A stretch of DNA of 63,514 bases, filler included, from Octopus bimaculoides (GCF_001194135.2; 6 parts of 5 records of this genome joined end to end with filler, not necessarily neighbours in it); one strand, 5' to 3'; shown: positions 1-14,334, counted from the whole stretch's first letter. Notes: generated by a model from the sequence alone, not told the origin. Translations and numbers: made by a program.

Positions 1-40
<40 letters not shown>

Positions 41-2026
41 AACTAAATCTACAGGATTCTATTGGAATCCTGTACGTTCCGCTTCTCTCAAAGTCGATAA
101 CGTGGTCATTGATACAATTCCTACTAGTGGGTCAACTTCAAATCTTATGTAATCTCATTAACGTTGATTATGTTAAACAAGTCTTATAAACGCAATATAT
201 AAAATAGCTTCTCATTTTTTGTAACATCTAAAATATATATTTCGTATTTAATCAAAAGGTTGCAACATCTGTTAATTGTGTCATGTGCTACACTAAGCTT
301 ATATAATATCTCATCGAACCTCGTCGACCAGAATGTTTTACTTTGACGACAATCCATCTGAGTAGAACATCTCAACGGATTTCTAGCGATATATTTCCAA
401 ACTCCATATCGCCACATCATATGTAATTCGGCTATGAAGCCTTATGTGTTAGTTTTGTCCCATGAAATAATAATAATAGTGATAATAATAATAATAATAA
501 CAATAATAATAATAATAAAGGAACATGAAAACCCATTCATTAGAGTTTTCACTAGCGACGTCATTACTTTGAAGAATATTGGATTCCAATTTTGGTCCAA
601 GCTCAACGGTGTATGTTATAGAATATTAAAAAGGGAAATCATAATATTTTTAATTTGGAATTTCAAACTACCAAAATAACATACAAAATAAAAAATTGAA
701 ATTAGTATAAAATATATTCAACTTCTGTTTAAAAATCGATGTTGGTAAATATTTAAATTGTGACGAAACAAGTTAAATAATATTTAACGTATTAATCATC
801 TGTCAACTGTTTGACTATCACTTTTTACCTAAATTACGTTTTCTATACCTGTAGAATTAGTGATATTTCTCCTAGATTAAAAAGGAATACGTATGCTTAG
901 AGTGAGTAATCTGTATCTACATACTTGGTTATTCGCTAAGATTTCTCTGATGATCAAATATCACCATCTGTATCTCAAACATTTATCATTCGTCACGTGG
1001 CGTGTTCACTCGAATTAACCATAGGCTACTTTGAAGATAAAGAGAGTGAGAGAAACAATGTGATACAGGGAATACTATGTGCATATGTACATGTATATAT
1101 GTATGTATGTATGTATATATATATACATGTACATTCACGCTGTTCGTAATGTTCGATCATACTAACAAGTTTTAGGATACCTGACTTAAACACCTTGAAC
1201 AATTCCAATTAAAACACAAATGAATTAACTTCACAGGAAATATTAACTGTACTCTCCGGACGTTCGCTATTTAGCCTTTATTTCCCTCATCATATACACC
1301 TTGTTCCATGGCCATATTAAATGAGTATTTAATCGAATTTTAGGTTTTGTCTTGGTGAGAAAATCCAAATCTCCATACAGTTATGCTTATCACTATTATG
1401 TGCCTGTTAATACACATATCGTGGCTCTACATTGGAACATGTAGATGATGACATAACTTAAAATGAACCTTACAGTGAAATGATGCGGTGTGGTTAAATA
1501 ATTTACCAGAGATTTAATTTGCCAAAATCAATTTTGACTAAGTTTCATAGAGATAAAATGAGTGGATGATATAGAATCTGAATTATAACCAAACNNNNNN
1601 NNNNNNNNNNNNNNNNNNNNNNNNNNNNNNNNNNNNNNNNNNNNNNNNNNNNNNNNNNNNNNNNNNNNNNNNNNNNNNNNNNNNNNNNNNNNNNNNNNNN
1701 NNNNNNNNNNNNNNNNNNNNNNNNNNNNNNNNNNNNNNNNNNNNNNNNNNNNNNNNNNNNNNNNNNNNNNNNNNNNNNNNNNNNNNNNNNNNNNNNNNNN
1801 NNNNNNNNNNNNNNNNNNNNNNNNNNNNNNNNNNNNGTTTCATAGAGATAAAATGAGTGGATGATATAGAATCTGAATTATAACCAAACACATTCCTGTG
1901 TTGGGTGTAACAGTGATTCTCAAATATATTATCACATAGACGCAGGCATGGCTATGCGAGAAAATCGTTTCCCAACGAAATGGTTCGTTGTACGTGGATT
2001 CGGTAGACGGAAAATAAGGAAGCCCG

Positions 2027-2065
<39 letters not shown>

Positions 2066-2561
2066 TACACACACACACACACACAAACACACAAACACAT
2101 ACACACACACACACACAGACACACACACACACACATCTATGTGTGTGTATATGTTTGTCCCTAGCCACCGCTTGACGACGGATGTTGGTGTGTTTACCTC
2201 CCCGCAACTTAGCATGCATATACATATAAAACGTGTATATATGTATATATATATATAATCATAAATATACAGGGAAACTCCATGAAGAGCATTTTCTTCC
2301 TCTTAATCCAGCGTAATCCACAAACGATGTGTGAAAATTTCAAATATTGAAAACAGTTTAGTCACTTAAAGACATTTTTCAAATATGTGGGAGCTTAACA
2401 TTGAAAGAAACGTCTGACATACAGCAGCGAGTGGTCTTCTCTAGTACTATTAACCTTATTGAAATTACTTCCACCATAACCATTCTCCTACTACAGTGAC
2501 AGCTCCTGTAAAACCAATGCAAATAGCACGTTTCTTAGTATCATCTTTATATTTCAAAATT

Positions 2562-3206
2562 GGGATCTTGTTCAAAACGGGGGCACCAGTATTTTCTTAA
2601 CGAAACACTAACGAAACACTTTGAAACTTGGGACACTGGTAGAATGTGTCATATAAAACATCTTTTTCTCTTAGTCTTCTTAACGAAAAAACCTACATCG
2701 CAAGTTATTTCATGTTAAAGTTGTCGTATTTCTGTAATTTCAACCAATCACTGACGTCTATTCAGCTGAATAGAGTTACTGCTGCCCGGTCATAAAAAAT
2801 GTTATTCCCTGTGACATATTTCATCCGGTTTAATCGTAATTTATACGCATATATTGTTTATATAATAAATTACGCTGTGCGTATCTATGTGTGTAACAAT
2901 TTTAGAGTTCGGATTCTAGAGTTAGGGTTAGTGTTACGGTTAGGGTTAACAGTCTAGTTAGGGTTAGGGGATTAATACGATACACACCGTTACAGCGCTA
3001 ACTGTTTTCAACTGAATAGACGTCAGTGAGTAGTAGAAATTATCGAAATAAGACAATTTTTTACATGAAATAAATTCGAATAAAAACTTTTTTTCTGTTC
3101 TATAATACAAAATAGATAAGTATACGAAGTTTGAAAGTCTTTCGGTACCAAAAACACGACATAAAACATAAATGAAAACTAGTGCCCTCGTTTTGAACAA
3201 GATCCC
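2562..3206. mobile_element. Non-autonomous DNA transposon (MITE) with about 30-bp TIRs and internal TTAGGG-like repeats
   Basis: Left GGGATCTTGTTCAAAACGGGGGCACCAGT matches the reverse complement of the right end, GGGATCTTGTTCAAAACGAGGGCACTAGT; AAAATT on both flanks. Confidence 0.8.
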
Positions 3207-3519
3207 AAAATTGATATTTAAAAATAAGCACTTTTTTTCCGTCTGCAGTCGGTCTTGTTAAGGGAAATAACTCAAACGTCAACGATCAGTTTTGCTCCCG
3301 CAGTGCTACTGCAGTCGTTGTCTTTCTGAAAAGTTTTAATTATTCATAAACAGCGACATCTATTTATACAATTACTAGTAAGAAATAAAGGAACAATGTT
3401 GTAAATGTACCATCATTTAAGACGCGTAAATATTTAATAGTCGGAGAAACAGCTTACAAAATCTCGTGAAAGTTGTGATTATTTTCTTCAAATTTTCCTT
3501 AATAATAAAATAAATGAAT

Positions 3520-3913
3520 ATGGTGGCGAGCTGGCAAGAACGTTAGCACGCCGGGCGAAAGCTTAGCGGTATTTCGTCTGCCGTTACGTTCTGAGTTCAA
3601 ATTCCGCCGAGGTCGACTTTGCCTTTCATCCTTTCGGGGTCGATAAATTAAGTACCAGTTACCCACTGGGGTCGATGTAATCGACTTAATCCGTTCGTCT
3701 CTTCTTGTTTGTTCCCTCTATGTTTAGCCCCTTGTGGGCAAAAACGAAATAGGTATTTCGTCTGTCTTCATGTTCTGAGTTCAAATTCCGGCGATGTCGA
3801 CTTTGTCTTTCATCCTTTCAGGGTCAATAAATTAAGTACCAGTCGCGTACCGGGGCCGATCTAATCGACTAACCTGCTCCCGGAAAATTTCGGGCCTTTT
3901 GCCTAGAGTAGAA
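3520..3913 (+). mobile_element. tRNA-derived SINE (family 1, duplicated core) with 19-bp target-site duplication
   Basis: Head GGCGAGCTGGCA...GAGTTCAAATTCC; core gtcgactttgcctttcatcctttcggggtcgataaattaagtaccag present twice; AATAATAAAATAAATGAAT at 3501-3519 and 3914-3932. Confidence 0.9.
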
Positions 3914-5410
3914 AATAATAAAATAAATGAATCAACAGCAAAACCAGTATGAAGATAAAAAGGAATACAAACGGGTAGGTTTGGCCTCATCAAGGCAGCA
4001 ATAACGCAGCAAACATGGACGCCATTTAACTTTTATTTGTGAAATGTGTTTAGTTTATTATCGATTTCAAAAGAGTTCCATTAAGTTCAATGAACATTCA
4101 AACTAAAGCAGTCAGGTTTTATAATAAAAGTTTAAGAATAGGAAGAGTGGGAAACTAATTGGAAATTTAATGTAAGTGGATTGTAGATCTATCGCTTTTA
4201 ATGTAAAAAAAATTCTCACGAACCTTCAAATGCTGTAAAATATACTACTGCATATTCTCCTTTGTAATAGATTACGATCAAGAATTGAAGAAACTAGATA
4301 ACCCACCCACCGCCACCCCACAACTTTTCGTGTTGACGAGTCCGGATTGTTCAGGGAAAAAAGAGCAACAGAAAATTTTTGCTGAGAAAATGAAATCACA
4401 AAGATATCAATTTGTGAAGTATACTTTGATGTTTGTACGACAGAAATGTGACTGGAGATTGCTAAGAGCCTATGCTTGAGTATCGGTTTCAAAAGTCCCT
4501 ATAGCTGTACTGTGTTTTTAAAAATTTCCTCTACGGTAATATTTCAATCAAATAAGTAGGTAAACGTCCTCAAAAAATTATCTACTGAGAGGTTATCTCA
4601 CAACATTTGTCGCATAATTCAGAGTTGCTGAAAAGATAATAAACTAGTTTCTTTTAATGTTCTCTTATCTTTAGATAGTGGTTAATTGATTTTAATGACT
4701 TAAATGATCATGTGAAATGCATTTTATTCATAGCCAAACATAGGTCAATGGAAACTACAGACTGGAACACCTGAAATTATGGTAGATGGAATCACTGTAT
4801 ATTTCTCAGCATGTGACAAAATCTATACGAGCAGTTTCGAAAACTTCCATGCATCCTGGTCCAGAGTTACTAGAAGCATCTGGTGTTTTGTATGGTATCA
4901 AATACATCATTGTATCTCACAGTTCACTACTCTTCCAGGAACTGTTTATAATGATTTTTTTTACAATTGCCGATAGATTTTCCTTTACAAAGAAGTAAAC
5001 GTCGTGTCATTAACGCATCCTTTAACAAATTTGCGACATATATTCAAATGGGAAACACTTATTACAGCTATTTCTATTCAGTAGCAGATTCATATTTCAG
5101 CTTTGATGTAGTGATTAGTTGCAGATGGAATTAATTCCGGCGGTGAAATATTAACTGAAATTGATAATGGCTTCAACAATTAATACTGCCATTATTAAAA
5201 CTAAAAACTGTACTATAAGCAAACACCATCCCCCCACCCCAAGAAAAAAAAACAACTTGTGGCAACAGAACGATTAAATATGTTGGCAAAATTCCACACG
5301 CCAGGGAAGGAACCCCCTCACCACACATATTAGTTGAAAGTACTGGCAAACAGAAGATAACGACAACATTCAAATCCACTATGTTTATTCTTTATTGCAT
5401 TGATCAAACA

Positions 5411-5626
5411 TACGAAAGAGTGCTGAAGAGTTCCTGGTTTAAAAATATTGCAAAACGCCTGGCTGGAGGCACAACCACCCGAATTCTTTTATAGGGCTTA
5501 CAAAAACAGCAGGACCGCTCCAATAAGTGTATGAATCTAAGAGGGGAACATGTTGAATAAAATTATAATCAACTGATCCTACTGAATATTTACGCGAACC
5601 CAGGAGTTTTTCAGCTTCCCGTCATA
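5411..5626 (+). mobile_element. Mariner-derived MITE
   Basis: Degenerate TIRs (TACGAAAGAGTGCTGAAGAGTTCCTGG and reverse complement TATGACGGGAAGCTGAAAAACTCCTGG); internal GLQKQQDRSNKCMNLRGEHVE* resembles a mariner transposase C-terminus. Confidence 0.75.
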
Positions 5627-6951
5627 AAGAATGCAAGGAACATATAGGTAGAACACCATTTTCTGTTATTCACGATGCAGAGTCAAACTAATAAGTTAAA
5701 GAAAGAATTGCATATATGATATCTATAAAGTGTCATGTCGAACACTAATGATATAGACGCTACTATCTCTTGAGTTCTGAAAAAAAAAAAATAACATTTA
5801 ATATCTCTGAAGGAAAGGAAATCGTAAATATCTACGTTATAAAGTTTTGTGCGGTAGCGTATTAACGAATGAGGCGAATTATCTTCCTAGATTTCTATCA
5901 GAGATTCAGACAATTACAGCAGGAATTTCTTCAGAAACAATATACTGAGGATATGAAACTTTCGATGCTGCTATTGTTTGCGAGAACATTGACTCTCATT
6001 CAAATAATCTTAATAATATAAAGCTTCTTGAAATGGATGAATATCATGCTTATAAAAATGCAACTCCAAAATAATTATTTGAAATTTTTAGTGTCTTTGT
6101 GCTGCAATTGTGTAAGGAAAGAAAACTGAAACCGCAAGGGTCCTTACAAAAGTAGCTTCCTTGTTAAAAACAAACGTACCAAAAATAAAATGCCGTATGC
6201 CTAACGGACATTATGTAATTGGTTTAACATTTATTTAGTTGATGTGGAAGTTTAATCAAAAACGCATGCCTGAGATATTTTTTTATATTTTCTTGTTCTC
6301 TTTGCGAGTTCGTGTGCAAAATGTGTCAGTAATCCCTTTGAGTAGGTAACGTGGGTCTTACAACGCGATTTTCTGTAGTGCAGTTTTCAATAGAACGGCA
6401 ACGTTGCAAAACGTATTTAAAACGCTTCATTGACAGCCTTGAGAAGTTAAACATACATCGGAAGCGGAAGAGTTGGTATATTTATTTAATATGATTTGTC
6501 GAAATTCACTGACATTGTACACACGCGCAGGAAACATCGCATTCACGCACGTACGCGCGCACACACACACACGCATACCTGTATAAAATCTAACAATCAA
6601 CTTCTAATAAATATATACTCTACTGAAAAAAAAAAAGGATTGTGTAATCTTTCAGTTTGATGTAAAATTCTTATGAACATTATACTTACATACATACGTA
6701 CATAATTAAATACATACATACATACATACGTACATACATACATACATACATACATACATACATACATACCGTTATGTCTCAAGCTATTGCTGTCTAGCAC
6801 CTTCGGATGATCTCTACTCGGCAGGTACTCAACTGTCAGTCCACTCCTACCACGATCAGACTACCTCTCTTTATATATATGTCTTCGTCGAGCCTACTTC
6901 TTCGTTTGGGGGCGTCCACACAACATATACATACATACATACATATGAGAA

Positions 6952-7270
6952 ATTGAGAAATTAGGTATCTCAAAATGAGGAAGGAGAAAGTTAATTCGAA
7001 GACTACAGATCCAATCCACTTCTCGAATTGTAAAAGCCTGTAAAACCTTGAAGAAGTTTGTCATTTAAATATATATAAGCATGTGTAGACTTTTAACTAT
7101 ATGCATAAGTATACGTACATAACACAAATCGGACAAATATGTACATATATATACATGCATACATACATACACACACAGAACATACCCTGTTGTTGATATT
7201 GAGATTCCAATGGATCTTGGTTAGAAACGGGCTTTCTCTATTGGCAAGAAATCTTGAAATAAACTGAATA
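6952..7270 (+). mobile_element. 5'-truncated R4/Dong-like non-LTR retrotransposon 3' end within a (TACA)n tract
   Basis: Aligns by eye to 48533-48815 (ORF end EKLGIS...RRLQIQS...KKFVI* and 3' UTR ending ttgaaataaac); TACA repeats on both sides. Confidence 0.8.
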
Positions 7271-7351
7271 GCATATGTACATATATACATACATACATTC
7301 ATATATACATACATACATATATACATACATACACACAAATACATATATATT

Positions 7352-7762
7352 TTTCTACTCTACGCACATGGCCCAAATTTTTTGGGAAGGGGCCAGTCGA
7401 TTAGATCGACCCCCGTATTCAACTGGTACTTAATTTATCGACCCCTGAAAGGATGAAAGGCTAGGTCGACCTAAGTCGAATTTATCTCAGAACGTAACAA
7501 CAGAAGAAATACCGCTAAGCATTTCGTCCGGCACGCTACCGTTTCTTATTTCTTTATTGCCCACAAGGGGCTAAAGATAGAGGGGACAAACAAGTACACA
7601 CAAAGGGATTAAGTCGATTACATCAACCCCAGTGCGTAAATGATTCTTATTTAATCAACCCCGAACGGATGAAAAGCAACGTCGACCTCGGCGGAATTTG
7701 AACTCAGAACGTAACGGCAGAGCATTTCACCCGGCGTGCTAAAATTTCTGTCAGCTCGCCGA
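7352..7762 (-). mobile_element. SINE family 1, duplicated-core form
   Basis: Reverse complement of the 3520-3913 element. Confidence 0.88.
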
Positions 7763-7799
7763 CTTATATACATATATATGAAATGAAGAGGTATAGATT

Positions 7800-8097
7800 A
7801 ATTAATGTGTTTACCTTCCCAAGTGAAAGGTCACGAGTTCGATTCTTGGCGGCGCGTTAAGTCCTAACCAAGAATTCTTACTTCACTTTGCAGCAGTCAA
7901 CTCGGATGGGAAAACCTAATGCAAAGATACAGCCTTGTTACATTCTGTGTCACGCTGGATTACCCTCAGATCTACGTTAAAGGTACGCCTACCAGTGGAG
8001 TACTCTGTCATTTGCACGTTGATTTCAAGAGCTAACCTCTCCCGTTAATCACAACTCGGATCAACAGGAAGACTCGTCGTAAGCGACGGAGTGCCAG
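7800..8097 (+). mobile_element. tRNA-derived SINE (distinct family)
   Basis: B-box-like GAGTTCGATTC near 7835 followed by about 250 nt of SINE-like body ending cgacggagtgccag. Confidence 0.6.
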
Positions 8098-8146
8098 TTT
8101 CGTTTCTTTTTATTATACATACAAACATACGTACATGTATCCGCGC

Positions 8147-8179
<33 letters not shown>

Positions 8180-8533
8180 AAAATATATATATAATATATT
8201 ATAAAAAGAACTAGTTTGGTATCTCTAAGTGAGATTTATGTAATAACAGCAATGAATAAAATAGTTTATTGTCAATATGATGTGGCAGTCCTGCTAAGGA
8301 GTATGTTACNNNNNNNNNNNNNNNNNNNNNNNNNNNNNNNNNNNNNNNNNNNNNNNNNNNNNNNNNNNNNNNNNNNNNNNNNNNNNNNNNNNNNNNNNNN
8401 NNNNNNNNNNNNNNNNNNNNNNNNNNNNNNNNNNNNNNNNNNNNNNNNNNNNNNNNNNNNNNNNNNNNNNNNNNNNNNNNNNNNNNNNNNNNNNNNNNNN
8501 NNNNNNNNNNNNNNNNNNNNNNNNNNNNNNNNA

Positions 8534-8565
<32 letters not shown>

Positions 8566-9366
8566 TGCATATGATTATGCTGGCCTAAGTCCGTTGCTTA
8601 TGTTTTATAAACAAAGCAGAATTGCACCCAGTCAAAAAAATCAAACAGTTTATTTTACAGTCTGCATCTAAGTAAATATGTATGATATAAACATTGAATT
8701 TCATATTTTTCGGAAAACCATATCAGATTGATTGATGACCTTTTTCCAAAATTAATTTTATCTTATTTCCAGCTTTTATTCCACCCATATAATTTGCTTT
8801 AATATGTTATTATTTGAAATACGATATTCTAAATATTTTTTCCCCTTATCTCTGTTCCGTAAAAATCTATAAAAATACATCCGGGATATAAACATAATTT
8901 AATACTGCGTATGATGTGAATCTATAATATCTCTCATAAAATTAATCTACTCGTTTTTAAGTTCTTTTGCTATTAGTTGTATTTATCGCTCACCGATTTA
9001 TTTACTTTGGTATCGTTGAGTGATCAAAATATTTACAAGTTAACAACTAGCGCACTTTATCACATAAGAATCATCTTCTTGTATTCATTGACATCTGATG
9101 ATTATTGGAATATTTTTCTATTAATATAATCAGTTGTACATAGAGAAAAATATAAGCAATAAAACGTTAAAATATTGGGAGCCAAGGAGTGAATATTAAT
9201 ATGATACTTCGAGGTACTAGAAATAAGAGGTACATGTTTCACAAGGCACACCTTATTGCACCCTAAAAAAAGATAGAGTATGTTATATCGTAGTCTTAGA
9301 TATAAATACAATGTATACGCAAAATACATATATGCCTACAACCATATATATACATTTCTATATCTC

Positions 9367-9428
<62 letters not shown>

Positions 9429-9429
9429 G

Positions 9430-9462
<33 letters not shown>

Positions 9463-9938
9463 TTTAATTAAAAGATTAAATGTGGTACATAAAATGTTTG
9501 AGACACCAGAATTTGGTAGGGTAAAAACCAAAAACAAAATCAAAAGATTTGGTGAATAAAATTTGAAGAAAAGCAACAAAAATTCAATAGGTTATAGCAG
9601 TACGTACGTTTCGTACAAGCTCCATTTATNNNNNNNNNNNNNNNNNNNNNNNNNNNNNNNNNNNNNNNNNNNNNNNNNNNNNNNNNNNNNNNNNNNNNNN
9701 NNNNNNNNNNNNNNNNNNNNNNNNNNNNNNNNNNNNNNNNNNNNNNNNNNNNNNNNNNNNNNNNNNNNNNNNNNNNNNNNNNNNNNNNNNNNNNNNNNNN
9801 NNNNNNNNNNNNNNNNNNNNNNNNNNNNNNNNNNNNNNNNNNNNNNNNNNNNNNNNNNNNNNNNNNNNNNNNNNNNNNNNNNNNNNNNNNNNNNNNNNNN
9901 NNNNNNNNNNNNNNNNNNNNNNNNNNNNNNNNNNNNNN

Positions 9939-9981
<43 letters not shown>

Positions 9982-11587
9982 TTTAATTAAAAGATTAAAT
10001 GTGGTACATAAAATGTTTGAGACACCAGAATTTGGTAGGGTAAAAACCAAAAACAAAATCAAAAGATTTGGTGAATAAAATTTGAAGAAAAGCAACAAAA
10101 ATTCAATAGGTTATAGCAGTACGTACGTTTCGTACAAGCTCCATTTATCCATGTAGTGAGAACACTACATAGAATGTACAATGAAAATGTACTCCTCAGC
10201 TCTCCTGACGATTTCCCATTTAAGATTAAAATCTGTCCATCACTACTTAATCTACCTTCCTCTAAATTTGAAATTACTACTATCCCTCCAATTAGATTAT
10301 ATAAAATTTAAATTCTTGTTTGATTCACTAAGTCTGTTGAACAGCAGCATAGTCGAGATGGTATGTCTTCTTCTCTTACTCTTGTTTTTTTGCACACATC
10401 TTCAAAATGTCTTTCTAAAATGAAATTCCATTATGCAGCTGAGGAGTACATTTTCATTGTACATTCTATGTAGTGTTCTCACTACATGGATAAATGGAGC
10501 TTGTACGAAATATATATATATATATAATCATGATAATAATATTAGGGATAAAAATCCAAATTTACAGGTAAAAACTCTTAATTTAATGTATCAAAAATTA
10601 AAATTAAATTTTAAGTTTCACAGTATATAATATATAAATATATAATTTAAAGAAAAGAACCACAGTTCCTGAACTCATCCATGGAAATCCACTGTCACAT
10701 ATAGAAAAATTTAATAAGTAAATACACTAAAAAGNNNNNNNNNNATTTAATTATTTGTTTCTTTTCCGACAATTTTCATCGGAACTGCCGTTGTGTTTCA
10801 TACAAAAAAATTCATTTTTAAAGTGGCTTGTAAGAAAGACTTCGTCATGATGCGTATTTGAATAACCGCTGGTGAGCCTAACAGGAATGAAATATGGAAA
10901 TCAATACAGACTATGAATATAAGTCAGCATTTACTATTTCTTTATTTTAAAATATTCTACGTTAATGATTATGTTAAACTACAGAGAAGCCTATGTTGCT
11001 AAAGTTGTATATAGTAACGTTCATTTAAACAGATTTCCAATAGCTTTTGAGAAGATATCTGCAATATATAAATATGCATTCACACTGGATTTAAAGTTTC
11101 AGCCGATCTAAATTTCCTTTGAATCTAGAATAGATAATATTAATGCATGATCTATGGATTCTTGAGCATTTCATGTCAGAATATATTTCGCCTACCGTGG
11201 CTGTACATTCGATGGAATTAATGACAAAATAACTGCAGTATAATGCAAGAAGGTGGGTAAAAGTTGCATTTAAATGGTGCCATTGGAGACATTGGAGTGT
11301 GTACGCTGTTATCTTCAATTGCATTTAATTACATACAAGCTCCTCTCATTGACTGACACATTATCATTAGGCTTCCTTTGTCTTGAGCTCACTCTTCTGC
11401 TTAATACACACGTGTAATTCATACTCTCCCCTCACCTCTCTCTCTCTGTTACATTTAAATACGCATGTATACTTACATACATAAACATAAAATATGACAT
11501 CGCATACCTATGTATACCTCACCTACGTGCTATGTATCTACCTACCTACCTACCGACCAACTGACTTACATATAGTTATCTATATAT

Positions 11588-11633
<46 letters not shown>

Positions 11634-11739
11634 GTATATATCGTATATTACTACATTCTCATACAGATATATGTATACATATATAACGATATATTCATGC
11701 ATACATGCCTGTCTACCTATCTACAAATATATGTGTGTG

Positions 11740-11811
<72 letters not shown>

Positions 11812-11879
11812 TGTGTGGTGTGTATCTTTTATGGATTTCAACCAGAGGGTGAGGCCATGTTGGTGCACCACCTTCACTG

Positions 11880-13200
11880 CATCTGGTTTTTTGTTACAGT
11901 GTTGCTTCTGGTGAAGTAGCGTGTTGGACGTTGCCTCTCTTCTTTGTGCCCCTTGCCGTGATGTTGGTTCATCCAGCATCGCAGATAAAAAAATCTGTGT
12001 AGACGGTTTTTGAAGACTTACCTGTAAACAACTTGTAGATCCCAGACGTTCTGTGGTAGGAGATTTAAAATTTATGATCCCTGAATCAGAAGCTCTTAAA
12101 ATGTTGGGTGTATGTCCTCAATGGAGAAAATGGGACCAGTAGCGCAGTGCCACCCAGTTCGGGGATTGTTGTAGATTTCGATTCCAAAATGTGGAGGTAG
12201 ACTCTCCATTATTTTCCATATGTATAACACAGCATATCTCTCACATCTGCTCTCGAGGGAGCAGAGTTCCAGCTCTTTCAGCCTCACCCAGTAGCCCATG
12301 TGTTTTACTGAGTCTATCTTCTTTGTGTAGTGGCGTTGGGTCACTTCTATTTCCGCAATTAGTATTACACTCTGAGGGGACCACAGTTGGGAGCAGCAGT
12401 CCAGACGACCGAGGACAAAGGTTTTTCAAAGCAGAAGCATTGTGTCTCTGTCTCTGGTCCGGAAGGAGCTAAGGATCCAACCTGCCACCCGCCTGCACAT
12501 TGTTACGATCTGAGCAATGTGCATATTGAAAGTTGCGTCGTTGCCCATGCTGATTCCCAGGTCACGCACCGACTCTAACTCTGGAATTGGATTGTTTGCG
12601 GGCCGATAGCGTAGTGCTTGAAATTTTCAGCCATTGAACTGCTTATTATTCTCATCAGCCCATTTATATATTGCGTTCTGGTCATTATGTAGTCCCAAGA
12701 TCCCTGAATGCCTGCGATACTTTTGTATCATCGGCGTAGCTGGTGACTGTGGATGATTCTATGGATGAGACCAAGCGTTGTTCCCTTGAGGACTTCACTG
12801 TACATTGGTGTCACTTCAGAGAGAGCACCATTTGCTGTGACAGCCTGACTTTTGCCTTTCAGGAAATCATGCAGCCATTCTCCCACACTACTAGCCATAC
12901 AGAAGTCACGAAATGTGTGATATATCATCCAATGGTACACTTTGTCAAAGGCCTTGGCAAAGTCGAAATATATCACATCCACATTTGAATGGTTGAGCCG
13001 TTGTTTTAGTCCCCAGTCGAAGTGCTGTAGTAGCTGCGTTAGTCTACCGTGTTGCGTGTCTGTAAGCAAGCCACTTCCCACTAGGAACGTGGTCTGTCTT
13101 TTTCTGACAATGCGTTCCAGCATCTTGATGTGTGAGGTCAGAGAGATAGGTCAGTAGTTTACAGCATCGGCTCTGCTTCCTCCTTTGTGGACAGGGCAGA
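11880..13200 (-). mobile_element. Decayed CR1/L2-group LINE, RT domain to C-terminus
   Basis: VDVIYFDFAKAFDKVYH...VGEWLHDFLKGKSQAVTANG...SEVLKGTTLG (12728-13123), YAVLYIWKIMESLPPHFGIEIYNNPRTG, and MLDEPT...RREATSNTLLHQ; frameshifts and stops. Confidence 0.9.
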
Positions 13201-14145
13201 TTATTCCTTTTTTTAACGTTTGAGGAAATATACCGCACTCAAGGGAAATGTATATATATATATATATATCAGAGTTAATAATATAGAATAGCACATCCTT
13301 AATTGAGGATTACATCATACAAAGACCGTTACTTGTTTTTATTACCTAAGTATTTTTAGATAAAATAAATGGCTCATTATACCCCTCGGTGCTTATCGGT
13401 TCGATTTCACTTCCTAGCCGATGTGAGAATATAGAAAATTTTTTAACCGCAAGATAGTTTAAAGCAATATAATAGGTGCTCCTACATTTTGTTGCACATT
13501 GTGAGGAGAGACAGCTGTCGAAGAAAATTCAGAATGGGTAGTTGTCAGCACCATTTCTCTCAACTACTAAAGTATAAAATGAGTTATGTAATCTGGATCA
13601 GCTGTCAAATGTTGGCAGCATTAACATCCTGCACAATGTTATCTTCTAAACGGAGGATGGCACAATCACTAAGCTATGCATCGATTCTATAAATATCTGA
13701 GGGGCTAGCATAAAGTTTCAACAACATTTCTTAAGATAAGTCTCCACTTTTTAGAATCTTGTTATCTCCATGCTAAATGTGAATATATAATTGAAATATT
13801 GTTCTTAGTTGAAGCAGAACTTTTACAAAGTAGGTTGTATTTAGTGCTATGTTAATACTAGCAGTATGATAAAGCGTGTCTCTTAGTTTGCTAATATTGT
13901 TTTTATTTTGATATACATTCAACACATAAACACACGCACAATGTGAGATGAGAGACATATATTACCTGAAATGACCAGAGGGCGAGATTGAAATTCCACG
14001 CATAATATATTATTTAAGTTTCTAAGATTTAAATAGAATATTAGAATTACACATTTGAAGAGATGGTACGTGGTTTCAAATGAAACTGAGAAAGGTTAGT
14101 TGCCAGCACAGTTAATCTCTACTACTATAATATGAAATGACTTAC

Positions 14146-14334
14146 GTAATGAGGATCAGGCTGGTAGCGGCCGAATGTTGGTAGCATTAACATTCTGCAG
14201 AATCTTAACTCCAAACGGAGGATGGCACGATCACCAGCTTTCTGGAACACCACTGCCCGACGAACGGAACGTGAAACTCTGAGTAGAATTCCTTTGTGAT
14301 GTTTCGTGATACGTTGCAGCTTTAATAATAATGT
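14146..14334 (-). other. Candidate minus-strand exon (189 nt, open in one frame, ending ...MLMLPTFGRYQPDPHY) of an unidentified gene
   Basis: Donor gtaagt at 14145 (minus), weak acceptor atacag, CpG-rich unique sequence; upstream minus-strand donor cag|gtaat at 14877. Confidence 0.3.

Noticed and set aside
1546-1890. Direct repeat tttcatagagataaaatgagtgg...ataaccaaac on both sides of an N gap; likewise 9430-9629 vs 9940-10147, 27370-27460 vs 27610-27699, and 43460-43558 vs 43581-43680
   Set aside because: Identical or near-identical sequence flanking gaps is the usual sign of unmerged contig overlaps or haplotypes
2921-2970. Interstitial telomere or fusion scar
   Set aside because: Few, degenerate units located inside a TIR-bounded element
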